From positions 2,211,127 to 2,243,126 of the forward strand of contig NC_004459.3 in NCBI RefSeq assembly GCF_000039765.1: a stretch of DNA of 32,000 nt, read 5' to 3'. Source of the DNA: Vibrio vulnificus CMCP6 (GTDB lineage: Bacteria; Pseudomonadota; Gammaproteobacteria; Enterobacterales; Vibrionaceae). The translations under genes and the position numbers were made by a program. This document shows positions 1 through 9,368 of the stretch, piece by piece (the first letter of the stretch is position 1; each line of letters opens with the position of its first letter). Below the pieces are notes generated by a model. It was not told the DNA's origin, did not search any database, and worked only from the letters and a program-made list of their open reading frames with translations.

Positions 1-346
1 CAAATTCAACAATCGCTTGATCAACGCTGTTATCGGCTTCGACTTTACGTGCTGCCACGATTTCTTCTTTGGTTAAACCCGTGCTTGATGCAATCAGCGT
101 GTGAGCGGATAGGCAGTATTGACAAGCATTGGCTTGACCTACCGCTAAAGCCACCAATTCACGTTGGCGAGCGGTCAGTTTGCCTTTGCCCAGCGAATCA
201 CCAAACGCCAGAATTGAGTTCAATACCGTTGGCGAGTGAGCGATGGTGGCGTAGAGGTTTGGCACCATACCGAGTTTCTTTTCGATCGCTGATAGTGTGA
301 TTTCCGCTGCGCCTTGTGGGTTAACCAGTTTTTGGATACGAGACAT
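1..346 (-). CDS. Carboxymuconolactone decarboxylase / AhpD-like family protein, 3' end outside the window
   Basis: Reverse-strand reading from the ATG at 346 gives MSRIQKLVNPQGAAEITLSAIEKKLGMVPNLYATIAHSPTVLNSILAFGDSLGKGKLTARQRELVALAVGQANACQYCLSAHTLIA..., with the CxxC-type 'ACQYCLSAH' motif of the AhpD/CMD fold. Open to the window edge. Confidence 0.85.
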   Translation of the reverse strand, partial: MSRIQKLVNPQGAAEITLSAIEKKLGMVPNLYATIAHSPTVLNSILAFGDSLGKGKLTARQRELVALAVGQANACQYCLSAHTLIASSTGLTKEEIVAARKVEADNSVDQAIVEF

Positions 347-450
347 AATGTTTTCCTTTTTGTGTGTGCTGATTTGTTGAAGAGATATTGACACAAGAAG
401 TAAGACGATTTATCACTAAAAGTCTTATTGGATATACCAAGGGTCTTTTT

Positions 451-1290
451 ATGGATGCACTATCGGCACTCGTTCAACACGCCGCCCCCAAAGCGAACTT
501 GTTTTTTAGTGGCAATCTTTGTGGCAGCTCGGAGAGCACAAGCCACGGGCAAGGTGGCCAATTGCACTTACTGAAAAGTGGAGAGCTGAATGTGTATGAG
601 TCGCACGGGCGCAAACATGTGTTAACTGAACCGACACTCATTTTCTACCCAAAGGGGCGCAAGCATTCTATTCAGTCACGCACGTTACAAGGCTGCGATC
701 TGGTGTGTGCAACGGTAAGCTTTCAAGATTCCCCTTTATTGAGAGCAATGCCCGAAGTGGTGGTGATTCCGTTAAGTCAATTGACGCATCTTGATTCCGT
801 GCTGAGCTTGCTGTTTGATGAGGCGTTTTCACAGCGCTACGGTTACGTCGCCAGCATCGCGCATTTGTTGGATCTGCTGTTGATTTTGCTGATCCGCCAT
901 TTGGTGGCAGAAAACATTTGTCAGGCAGGAGTATTGGCGGCGTTGGCTCATCCGAGATTGGCATCGTCACTTGAGGTGATGCATAACCAAATGGATCATC
1001 CTTGGACAATAGAGAGCCTTGCGCGAGAGGCAGGCATGTCGCGTGCCCGTTTTGCGGCCGTTTTCCAGCAGACGTTAGGACAGCCCCCGCTGACTTACCT
1101 GACAGAAGTTCGTTTACTTAAAGCGCAACAGTTATTGCTTTCAGGACAAGCGATAAAGTCGGTCGCGCTGGAGGTGGGCTACAGTGGCAGTGTTGCTTTT
1201 ACTCGCGCATTTAGCCGATGTTTTGATACCACACCGGCTCAATGGTTAGCGCTTCAGCAAGCACAAGCTCACACGAGTCCTGCTGAATAA
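451..1290 (+). CDS. AraC-family transcriptional regulator with N-terminal cupin-like domain
   Basis: C-terminal double HTH 'MDHPWTIESLAREAGMSRARFAAVFQQTLGQPPLTYLTEVRLLKAQQLLLSGQ..SVALEVGYSGSVAFTRAFSRCFDTTPAQW'. The N-terminus starts most plausibly at MDALSALVQHAAPKANLFF (ATG 451) rather than at the ORF-track start of 388. Confidence 0.9.
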   Translation: MDALSALVQHAAPKANLFFSGNLCGSSESTSHGQGGQLHLLKSGELNVYESHGRKHVLTEPTLIFYPKGRKHSIQSRTLQGCDLVCATVSFQDSPLLRAMPEVVVIPLSQLTHLDSVLSLLFDEAFSQRYGYVASIAHLLDLLLILLIRHLVAENICQAGVLAALAHPRLASSLEVMHNQMDHPWTIESLAREAGMSRARFAAVFQQTLGQPPLTYLTEVRLLKAQQLLLSGQAIKSVALEVGYSGSVAFTRAFSRCFDTTPAQWLALQQAQAHTSPAE

Positions 1291-1328
1291 GCGGCATTCG
1301 GGAAGTAGAGAAGAGACGAAAAGGCCCC

Positions 1329-3092
1329 TCATGCCACTTCGGGAATCGCTTTTGGCGGCTCTTCCAAATCGGGCTCTTTTTGCACAGTAGGGACTTGACC
1401 TTCACCCACGGCGCTGAGGTAACAGCCACTGAGTTTGATGGCGAGATACATATCCGCGCGCAGCAAAATGCCACCTTCACTGGTGCTGATGCCCGTCAAT
1501 TCACACCACTGACGAAGGCGTCGTTTACGGCCGGCTAGAATCAAGCGAATTCCTCGTTTTTTCAGCGTTTCATGCACATCCGCGAGCGTTGCCATTACAC
1601 TCAAATCTAGGTGAGTGAAGCTAGAAACCGCATCCACCACCACGCAACCCACGTCTTTGGTGTGTTCCGCGTGTTCCAGTAAACGGCGCTTAAAATACGG
1701 TGCGTTGAAGTAGGTGAGTGGCGAGTTAAAACGGTAGATCACCATACCTGGGATCGGAGTCGCTTTGCCTGTGCCGTCGACGGTGCGAATGGTGCCTTCT
1801 TCATCCAACCCAAGCAATTGATCGCTTGGGCGCATAACGATGCGCAAGAACTGGAACAGACCCAACAACACCGCCAAGGTGATGCCCGGTATTACGCCAA
1901 TCACCAGCACAGAAACAAAAGTGATGGAGGCGAGATAGAAGGCGTCTTTGTCACGTTTTCGTAAGATCCAAATGCCTTTAAGATCAAGCAGCGACAGCGA
2001 GGCGATAATCAAGACCACTCCCAATGAGGCGATAGGAATAAACTGCAATGGCTGGTAGATAAACACGGCGATCACCGCAATGGTGATGGCAGCAATAATG
2101 GACACCAGTTGGGATTTTCCTCCATTGGCATCGTTGACTGCTGTGCGGGAATCGGCACCACTGATGGCAAATCCCTGTGAAAAGGCTGAAGCAATATTGG
2201 CAAAGCCTAAGGCGCGGAATTCTTTGTCGGCATCAATATCGTAGCCGTTTTTGGCCGCGAAGCTGCGGGCGGTCAGCATCATGCTGACAAAGCTCACCAT
2301 CGCCAAGTTGAGCGCTGGTACCACCAATTCACGAGTGACGCCCAGTTCAAACTCTGGCGTTTGGAAGTTAGGAAACCCGCCTTGTGTCAGCCCAACCACC
2401 GACACCCCAACTTCTTGCAAACGCAAAAGCCAAACGGAGGCGGTGGTGATGAGGATCGCCAACATCGCTGCAGGCCAGCTAGGACGAAATCGCTTGGTGA
2501 TCAGATAGACGGCCACAGTGGCCACGCTGAGCGCCAATGTCGGCCAGTGCAAATCTGCCAATCGTTGTGGGGCTTCCCATAAACGTTCGAGTAGGTAGCG
2601 CTGCTCATATTTCCAGCCTACCACCTTGGCAAACTGGCCAACGATGATGGTGAGTGCCACACCATTGAGTAACCCCAAGAGGATCGGACGTGAAAGAAAG
2701 TCAGCCAAAATGCCCAATTTCAGGCGGCTTGCCAGTACGCACCACATTCCGGTCATCGCGGTCATGGTCATCACCAGTTGCCAGTGTTTGGTTGCATCAC
2801 CAGCGGCAAGCGGGGTTACCACAGCGGCAATCACTGCACACGTTGCGGCATCAGGTCCGACGATCAATTGCCTTGATGTGCCCATTAAGGCGTAAACCAA
2901 CATTGGCAATACGCACGAATAGAGACCGACAATCGCAGAAACCCCCGTTAATTGGGCGTAGGCGATAGCAACAGGCAGCGCGACGGCCACCACAGAAAAG
3001 GCGGCGCGAACGTCATCGGCGAGCCACTCTTTTTGATAGTGTTTTAATTGGACGAGTCCGGGGAACCACTGCGATAGGATTATTTTGGCCAA
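1329..3092 (-). CDS. SulP-family inorganic anion transporter with C-terminal STAS domain
   Basis: 587-aa multi-pass membrane protein with 'LVVGPDAATCAVIAAV', 'GFAISGADSRTAVNDANGGKSQLVSIIAA' and a C-terminal STAS-like segment 'VVVDAVSSFTHLDLSVMATLADVHETLKKRGIRLILAG'. Confidence 0.9.
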   Translation of the reverse strand: MAKIILSQWFPGLVQLKHYQKEWLADDVRAAFSVVAVALPVAIAYAQLTGVSAIVGLYSCVLPMLVYALMGTSRQLIVGPDAATCAVIAAVVTPLAAGDATKHWQLVMTMTAMTGMWCVLASRLKLGILADFLSRPILLGLLNGVALTIIVGQFAKVVGWKYEQRYLLERLWEAPQRLADLHWPTLALSVATVAVYLITKRFRPSWPAAMLAILITTASVWLLRLQEVGVSVVGLTQGGFPNFQTPEFELGVTRELVVPALNLAMVSFVSMMLTARSFAAKNGYDIDADKEFRALGFANIASAFSQGFAISGADSRTAVNDANGGKSQLVSIIAAITIAVIAVFIYQPLQFIPIASLGVVLIIASLSLLDLKGIWILRKRDKDAFYLASITFVSVLVIGVIPGITLAVLLGLFQFLRIVMRPSDQLLGLDEEGTIRTVDGTGKATPIPGMVIYRFNSPLTYFNAPYFKRRLLEHAEHTKDVGCVVVDAVSSFTHLDLSVMATLADVHETLKKRGIRLILAGRKRRLRQWCELTGISTSEGGILLRADMYLAIKLSGCYLSAVGEGQVPTVQKEPDLEEPPKAIPEVA

Positions 3093-3159
3093 CAGATCTA
3101 CCCATAAATGCGGTTAAGTTACTGTAAAGTATACAGCGTTATTTTGTAACATTCGTGAG

Positions 3160-4089
3160 TTATTTATCGATAGCGGAGGGTAAATTCTCTTCTAGTGGGA
3201 ATTTTCGCTGATATCTTGGCAGCATTGACTCATTTCCTAACAAGCCTCCTTGGTGAATATAAAGCAGCGTTTTATCTTTATTCTCCTCTAACCAAGGGAG
3301 CAAGCAGCGCCACATGAGCGGGTCGTAAAGGAGGTCAAACTCAATATCGGTGTGATTGAGTAGAGACAACCAGGTTTGGTAGTCCTCTTTGTACAGCTTG
3401 CCGAAATGGTGCTTGTTGGCTGAGGTAAGGATCTGGGGATGGTCTGTTTCGCCTAGTTGCTCAAATTGGCTGGTGAGGTAGCTGTCGCCTCCGACACACG
3501 CACAGGTCAAAACATCGATGCCATGAGGTTTAAGGTATTTGTGCAGATAAAGTGCGGTGGTGCCGGTTCCTGACGGGAGCGCGATGACAAATTGTTTCGA
3601 CGGTTCAAAGCGTGACCAAGCCAACAGTTCCAAAGCCAACTGTTTGATGCCTTCTTCTGCCAGTTCAAAGCGCCCACCTTCTGGAACGACATAGCAGGCA
3701 TCTGATGGTTGTCTTACTTGTTCGATGTATTGCTGAGGATGCATGCCGGGGGTGTGTTGAGAAACCTCGATGATCTCCGCGCCGAGCTCTAACGCGCCAC
3801 GATAGTTACCTTGTGGGCGTAAGCGTAGCCATTCCGGTAAGTGGTCGACATAAAACTCGAGTTTCCAACCTTTTATGCGTGCCAGCGCGGCCAAAGAAAA
3901 GAGAGAGTTTGCTTGCGCGGAGCCATAACTGATCAGAGTGGTGATATTGGGCAAATTGGCGTTCAATAAGCTCATGAATTTTCTTGCCTTATTCCCGGTA
4001 AAGTGGGAATGCAACAAGTCGTCACGTTTTAGGTAAAAGGTATGACCGGCGTAACAATGTTGAGTAATGGGGCTGTTATCGAGTTTCAT
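3160..4089 (-). CDS. PLP-dependent D-cysteine desulfhydrase / 1-aminocyclopropane-1-carboxylate deaminase-like enzyme
   Basis: 309 aa. The N-terminal 'FYLKRDDLLHSHFTGNKARKFMSLL' contains the expected PLP lysine context (GNKxRK); 'ALPSGTGTTALYLHKYL' is a phosphate-binding-type loop. Confidence 0.8.
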   Translation of the reverse strand: MKLDNSPITQHCYAGHTFYLKRDDLLHSHFTGNKARKFMSLLNANLPNITTLISYGSAQANSLFSLAALARIKGWKLEFYVDHLPEWLRLRPQGNYRGALELGAEIIEVSQHTPGMHPQQYIEQVRQPSDACYVVPEGGRFELAEEGIKQLALELLAWSRFEPSKQFVIALPSGTGTTALYLHKYLKPHGIDVLTCACVGGDSYLTSQFEQLGETDHPQILTSANKHHFGKLYKEDYQTWLSLLNHTDIEFDLLYDPLMWRCLLPWLEENKDKTLLYIHQGGLLGNESMLPRYQRKFPLEENLPSAIDK

Positions 4090-4258
4090 AACGTGTGATG
4101 TTATTGACTTAAAAGAAAATAAACATAAATGATAAATTGGAAGGTCGTGTCGCTGCGATTTTAAGCGTTGAGAGAAAAAGTCTCAACACTAAGACGCAAC
4201 AGCTAGCGATACTTCAGTTCTTATAAAATACTACGTCAAGGCTGGAGCTTCAGAAAAC

Positions 4259-6754
4259 GTGCATTCGAGTTCAGATCAAAACATTCTACGGCTAATTCGT
4301 ATTATTCCGTTGTGTATCATTACAGGCTTTATGTTGATCTTGGTTGCAGTGATCGTCAATGGCAATAAAAGCCGAACTACGCAATTGATTGAAACACTGC
4401 GCAGCGATTTCACCGACAATCAAAAAGCCAACGTTGCACGACAAGTTGAAAGTGTTTATCAGCAGTTAGAGTATGAGCGCGGCCAAACGATTCATGTTCT
4501 TAAAGCCTCAGTAAAAGCCCGCACCTTAGAAGCTTATCAAATCATCGAAAGTATTTACAAAGCCAACCAACATCTTTCTGAGAAGGAAGTGACTCAACTG
4601 GTGATGGAAGCGCTGCGTGATGTCCGATTCAACGATGGACGCGGCTACTATTTTATCTACAAGATGGATGGCACAACGGTCATGCATCCTCTTCGTCCAG
4701 ATCTAGAACAAACCTCCACATGGGAATTGCAAGACACACATGGCGGCTATATTGCCCGAGATATTGTGCGCAATATTCGCAGTTCCACTGATGGGGGCGC
4801 GTTTTCTCGCTGGTGGTTTCAAAAACCGGGTTTTGGCACGCAAGAGTTTGAGAAAATTGGCTATGCCAAACACTTTGCCCCTTACGATTGGTTTATTGGT
4901 ACCGGCGAATACACGGTTGATGTGGAAGCGTATATCCAAAAACGGATGCTGAAATGGCTCTCAGAGTTTCGCTTTGATAGCAACGGCTACATTTTTGTGT
5001 TGAATATGGAAGGCGAAACCATCGCTCATATTGACCGTAGCAAGCTGAGCGTGAATCAACCGCACTTATTGCAGCTTTTCCTTGATGCGCTAGAGAAGAC
5101 CGGAGATGACAACGCCGCGTTTGTTCGCTATGAAAGTGCCTATGTTCCGAAAGCCGTGACCAGCGGAGAGAAAATCAGTTACGTCAAAAAGCTGCCGGAA
5201 TGGGGGTGGGTGATCGGTGGTGGGGTTTATCTGTCGGAGATCGAAAAATTCATTGATAAGCAAGGGCGTGATTTACGTGACCGTTACCGCTCTGAGCTGT
5301 TTAAAATTCTTACGCTTTGTCTGTTATTGGCGTTTGTTTTGGCGTCGTTATCACTGGCAGTCAGCCAGTACATTGGCCGTCGTTTTAATCAATATCAAAA
5401 ACGCATTCGCACCGATTTCAAAAAACTGGAACAGAGCCAAGAGCAGTTGGCTTACCAAGCGAAGCACGATTCTCTCACCAAACTGCCAAACCGCTCTTTG
5501 CTGGAAGTTCAAATAGTGTCGGGCATTCAACGTTGCCGAGCGAGTGGTAAGCAACTGGCGGTGATGTTTGTTGATTTGGATAACTTTAAGAAGGTGAATG
5601 ATCAGCATGGTCACAAAGTGGGTGACGAGCTGCTGCTCAGAGTGGGCGAGAAGTTCAGCCAACTGTTGCGAGCGGGTGACAGCGTAGCCCGTTTTGGCGG
5701 AGATGAGTTTGTCTTCTGTTTTGCTGAGCTAAGCAGCAAGGACGAGGCCGAAATGCTGGCAGAAAGCGTACGACGTTCATTGACCGATCATTTCATTTTG
5801 CATGGCGCTTTGGTGTCGACGTCGTGCAGTGTTGGTGTGGCGATGTATCCTCAAGATGGTGACAGTGCCGATCAGTTAATTGCCAATGCAGACATTGTGT
5901 TGTTCCGCTCGAAAGCTCAGCACAAAGGGCAAGTGATGTTCTATGATCAGAGCATTAACGAGCAGGTCCAATACGATTTCCTTTTGGAAGATGAGCTGAA
6001 ATACGCTATCGAGCGCGATGAGCTAGAGGTGTATTACCAACCGCAAGTGAACCCAAGAACGGGTCAGATTGAAGGTGTTGAAGCGCTATGTCGCTGGACC
6101 AATGGCTACCTTGGGGCGGTGTCACCGATGAAATTCATACAGATTGCCGAAATCTCTGGGCAGATCTTCGCGATTGGCGATTTTGTGCTGCGCAAAGCGT
6201 GTTTAGACATGAAATGGTTAGCGCAAACCACGGGGCGAACCATGCCCGTTTCGATCAATATCTCCCCGAAACAATTACTGCAAAAAGGTTTTGTTAATGG
6301 TGTGTATTGCGTCACTCGCGAGTTGGATATCGATTGCCGCTTGATCACCTTAGAGATTACCGAAAACGTATTTATCGAAGAGTTGGAAGAGGTTAAACCT
6401 ATCATGGAAGAGTTGCGCCAACTTGGCTTCCATATCTCGTTGGATGATTTTGGTACCGGTTTCTCGTCGCTCAGCTATTTGAATGCGCTACCCATCAGCG
6501 AAATTAAGATTGATCGCTCGTTTGTCAGCAATATGCTCAGCCGATCGCAGAGTGAAAGTTTGGTCAAGACCATCGTGGCGATTGGCCATTCCAACCGAAT
6601 TATTGTGGTGGCGGAAGGGGTCGAAACGGTTGACCAGCAAATCCGCTTGCACCAACTGGGCTGTGACCGTCTTCAAGGCTACTTGTTCTCTAAACCCGTG
6701 TCACTCAAAGATCTGGTGAACGTCATTGAAGCCAGCAGAACCGCACGCGTTTAA
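4259..6754 (+). CDS. Membrane-anchored double-Cache-like sensor with GGDEF and EAL domains
   Basis: GTG start. N-terminal TM segment, then two related Cache-like repeats ('GRGYYFIYKMDGTTVMHP...DWFIGTGEY' and 'SNGYIFVLNMEGETIAHI...WGWVIGGGVY') and a second TM. GGDEF motif is intact with RxxD I-site (RAGDSVARFGGDEF). EAL domain has 'VEALCRW', 'ITEN', 'DDFGTG', 'IKID', 'AEGVET' and 'LQGY'. Confidence 0.93.
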   Translation: MHSSSDQNILRLIRIIPLCIITGFMLILVAVIVNGNKSRTTQLIETLRSDFTDNQKANVARQVESVYQQLEYERGQTIHVLKASVKARTLEAYQIIESIYKANQHLSEKEVTQLVMEALRDVRFNDGRGYYFIYKMDGTTVMHPLRPDLEQTSTWELQDTHGGYIARDIVRNIRSSTDGGAFSRWWFQKPGFGTQEFEKIGYAKHFAPYDWFIGTGEYTVDVEAYIQKRMLKWLSEFRFDSNGYIFVLNMEGETIAHIDRSKLSVNQPHLLQLFLDALEKTGDDNAAFVRYESAYVPKAVTSGEKISYVKKLPEWGWVIGGGVYLSEIEKFIDKQGRDLRDRYRSELFKILTLCLLLAFVLASLSLAVSQYIGRRFNQYQKRIRTDFKKLEQSQEQLAYQAKHDSLTKLPNRSLLEVQIVSGIQRCRASGKQLAVMFVDLDNFKKVNDQHGHKVGDELLLRVGEKFSQLLRAGDSVARFGGDEFVFCFAELSSKDEAEMLAESVRRSLTDHFILHGALVSTSCSVGVAMYPQDGDSADQLIANADIVLFRSKAQHKGQVMFYDQSINEQVQYDFLLEDELKYAIERDELEVYYQPQVNPRTGQIEGVEALCRWTNGYLGAVSPMKFIQIAEISGQIFAIGDFVLRKACLDMKWLAQTTGRTMPVSINISPKQLLQKGFVNGVYCVTRELDIDCRLITLEITENVFIEELEEVKPIMEELRQLGFHISLDDFGTGFSSLSYLNALPISEIKIDRSFVSNMLSRSQSESLVKTIVAIGHSNRIIVVAEGVETVDQQIRLHQLGCDRLQGYLFSKPVSLKDLVNVIEASRTARV

Positions 6755-6772
6755 GGCGTGACATCCACATAA

Positions 6773-6800
6773 AAAAGCCAAGGTCGAGACCTTGGCTTTT
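6773..6800. terminator. Intrinsic, probably bidirectional terminator between convergent genes
   Basis: AAAAGCCAAGGT-cgag-ACCTTGGCTTTT: perfect 12-bp stem with an A-tract on one side and a T-tract on the other, in the gap between the EAL gene (ends 6754) and ygiQ-like gene (ends 6853). Confidence 0.9.
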
Positions 6801-6852
6801 GAACAACTTAGAGGCGCTTTGTGATGATCAGAGACGTCTCTTTTTATTGCTG

Positions 6853-9159
6853 TTAGCGAGCTCGTGACGGTTGGTTTCTGCCACCTGCACGTGGTGAGTT
6901 TTTCCCACCCGAGCTTTTCCCACCGGTGTTTGCACCAGAGCGTTGTGGATGTTTGCCACCAGTTGCTGAGCCTGAACGTGATGGAGCCGAGTTTGACTGG
7001 CCGCCACGTGTTGGTTTTTTGCCTGAACCAGCGTTAGCTTTATCACCCGGGAAACCCGGTTGGGTGCTGGTGTGTTTGGTAGCAAAACGGTTGGCACCAT
7101 GGCGGCCTGATTTACGACGCTGCGCTGGCGTGCGAGCATCCATATCTTCCGCTGGCACCAAACAGCCCGGTTTATCGCCGATCAAATACTTCTTACCCAT
7201 AGTGATCAGTGCTTCACGGATCAACGGCCAGTTGGCTGGATCGTGGTAACGCAACAGCGCTTTGTGCAGTCGACGCTGGCGATCCCCTTTGGCTACCGGC
7301 ACATCTTCACGCTGTTTGTACTTCACGCGTTTAAGTGGGTTAGTCTCAGAGTAGTACATCGAGGTGGCATTACACATTGGCGATGGGTAGAAGTTCTGTA
7401 CCTGATCGCACTCGTAATTGTTCTTCTTCAGCCACAATGCCAAGTTCAGCATGTCTTCATCGGTCGTGCCCGGGTGCGCAGAGATGAAGTACGGGATCAG
7501 ATACTGCTTCTTGCCCGCTTCTTGGCTGTACTTATCGAACATCTCTTTGAAGCGATCGTAAGTACCCATACCCGGCTTCATCATCAGGTCGAGAGGGCCC
7601 TTTTCGGTGTGCTCAGGGGCAATCTTCAAATAACCACCAACGTGGTGCGTAACCAGCTCTTTCACGTATTCAGGAGATTCAATCGCGAGATCATAACGAA
7701 CGCCCGAGGCGATCATCACTTTCTTCACCCCTTTAACCTGACGCGCTGCGCGGTAAAGGTCGATGGTGTGTTTATGATCGGTATTGAGCTTATTACAGAT
7801 ACCCGGGAAGACACACGAAGGGCGACGACAGTTGGCTTCGGCTTTTGGATCGCTACAACCAAGGCGATACATATTGGCTGTTGGCCCGCCTAAGTCAGAA
7901 ATGGTGCCCGTAAAGCCGGGTACTTTATCGCGGATCTCTTCCAGCTCGGTCAAAATCGACTCTTGTGAGCGGTTTTGAATGATGCGTCCTTCGTGCTCGG
8001 TGATTGAGCAGAATGAACAGCCACCAAAACAGCCACGCATGATGTTGACGGAGGTTTTGATCATGTCATAGGCAGGAATCTTCGCTTTACCATATTTAGG
8101 ATGCGGAACTCGCGCATATGGCAAACCGAACACATAATCCATCTCTTCTGTGGTCAGTGGGATCGGCGCTTGGTTTACCCACAGCTCGCGGTTACCGTGA
8201 CGCTGGATCAGTGCGCGGCCAGAATAAGGGTTGGTTTCCAAGTGGAGAATACGGCTGGCGTGCGCATAAAGAATGCGGTCGTTTTGCAGCTTCTCGAAAC
8301 TTGGCAAACGCACCGCAGTGGTCGCGGCGTCGTGACGCGAAGGACGAATAGTAATCGGCTGCGCTTTGGGCTCTTCCGATTTGGTTTCACACTGCGTTTC
8401 CACTTCGTATGGATTTGGCGGAATAAAGGCTTCTTTACGTGGCTTCTCGATGCGCGAGGAATCGATGATGGTGTAGCCTTCTGGCTCTGCCGCAAGGTTA
8501 ACCGCGGTGCCACGAATGTTGGTCATTTGAGCGATCTCTTCGCCCTCAGCCAAACGATGCGCCACTTCCACCAGTGCACGTTCTGCGTTGCCAAACAACA
8601 AAATGTCCGCTTTGGCATCAAGCAAAACAGAGCGACGCACTTTGTCGGACCAGTAATCGTAGTGAGCAACACGGCGTAGGCTTGCTTCAATGCCGCCTAA
8701 AACGATAGGCACGTCTTTATAGGCTTCACGACAACGCTGCGAGTAAACAAGAGTGGCGCGATCTGGGCGCTTGCCACCTTCATTATTTGGCGTGTAGGCG
8801 TCATCGTGACGTAATTTGCGATCTGAAGTGTAGCGGTTGATCATCGAGTCCATATTGCCTGAGGTGACACCAAAAAACAGATTTGGTTTACCAAGCGACA
8901 TGAAGTCGGTTTTGTCTTGCCACTGTGGTTGAGCAATGATGCCCACGCGAAAGCCTTGTGCTTCCAGTAAGCGACCGATGATCGCCATACCAAAACTCGG
9001 ATGGTCGACATAAGCATCGCCAGTGACTAGGACAATGTCACAGCTATCCCAACCCAATGCGTCCATCTCTTTTCTGCTGGTTGGCAGAAAAGGGGCGGTG
9101 CCAAAACATTCGGCCCAATATTTTTTGTGGGTATGGATAGGGGTAATGTCGCTGTGCAT
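6853..9159 (-). CDS. ygiQ: YgiQ-family (UPF0313) radical SAM protein
   Basis: 768 aa. Radical SAM cluster motif '[24 protein letters not shown]', N-terminal '[47 protein letters not shown]', and a basic, low-complexity C-terminal tail. Confidence 0.93.
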   Translation of the reverse strand: MHSDITPIHTHKKYWAECFGTAPFLPTSRKEMDALGWDSCDIVLVTGDAYVDHPSFGMAIIGRLLEAQGFRVGIIAQPQWQDKTDFMSLGKPNLFFGVTSGNMDSMINRYTSDRKLRHDDAYTPNNEGGKRPDRATLVYSQRCREAYKDVPIVLGGIEASLRRVAHYDYWSDKVRRSVLLDAKADILLFGNAERALVEVAHRLAEGEEIAQMTNIRGTAVNLAAEPEGYTIIDSSRIEKPRKEAFIPPNPYEVETQCETKSEEPKAQPITIRPSRHDAATTAVRLPSFEKLQNDRILYAHASRILHLETNPYSGRALIQRHGNRELWVNQAPIPLTTEEMDYVFGLPYARVPHPKYGKAKIPAYDMIKTSVNIMRGCFGGCSFCSITEHEGRIIQNRSQESILTELEEIRDKVPGFTGTISDLGGPTANMYRLGCSDPKAEANCRRPSCVFPGICNKLNTDHKHTIDLYRAARQVKGVKKVMIASGVRYDLAIESPEYVKELVTHHVGGYLKIAPEHTEKGPLDLMMKPGMGTYDRFKEMFDKYSQEAGKKQYLIPYFISAHPGTTDEDMLNLALWLKKNNYECDQVQNFYPSPMCNATSMYYSETNPLKRVKYKQREDVPVAKGDRQRRLHKALLRYHDPANWPLIREALITMGKKYLIGDKPGCLVPAEDMDARTPAQRRKSGRHGANRFATKHTSTQPGFPGDKANAGSGKKPTRGGQSNSAPSRSGSATGGKHPQRSGANTGGKSSGGKNSPRAGGRNQPSRAR

Positions 9160-9325
9160 AAAATAACCTCAGATTTTGCGAGCGCGAATTATAGCGGCTT
9201 GTGAGACCACTATCCACCACTACATAACCCTAGTTTTATCACGTATTTTCGCTAACCAAAGTCCACTGGTAAGAAGCAAGCTAAAAACTGTAGGGGCAGT
9301 CAAGGTTAGCGTTGGGCAACGATTC

Positions 9326-9331
9326 TATAAT
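9326..9331 (+). promoter_or_regulatory. Candidate -10 element for paralog A
   Basis: Exact TATAAT in 'ggcaacgattcTATAATtatgaaac'. No convincing -35 was seen, so this is a candidate only. Confidence 0.4.
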
Positions 9332-9368
9332 TATGAAACAAGAGTCGTATTTGGCATGGAGTTGGCCC

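Noticed and set aside
6830-6841. AGAGACGTCTCT palindrome containing an exact MetJ-box 8-mer
   Set aside because: It sits between the 3' ends of two convergent genes, has no adjacent in-register second box, and there is no promoter for it to control; likely chance.
6900-7100. Gly/Ser/Arg/Asn-rich C-terminal tail of the YgiQ-like protein as a possible novel domain or repeat
   Set aside because: It is a disordered, basic low-complexity tail of the kind seen in this family; no periodic repeat unit is evident.
7243-8679. Long + strand ORFs of 216 aa and 192 aa (7243-7893, 8101-8679)
   Set aside because: Both lie entirely antisense to the well-supported ygiQ-like gene and show no recognisable domain; they are shadow ORFs caused by codon bias on the opposite strand.
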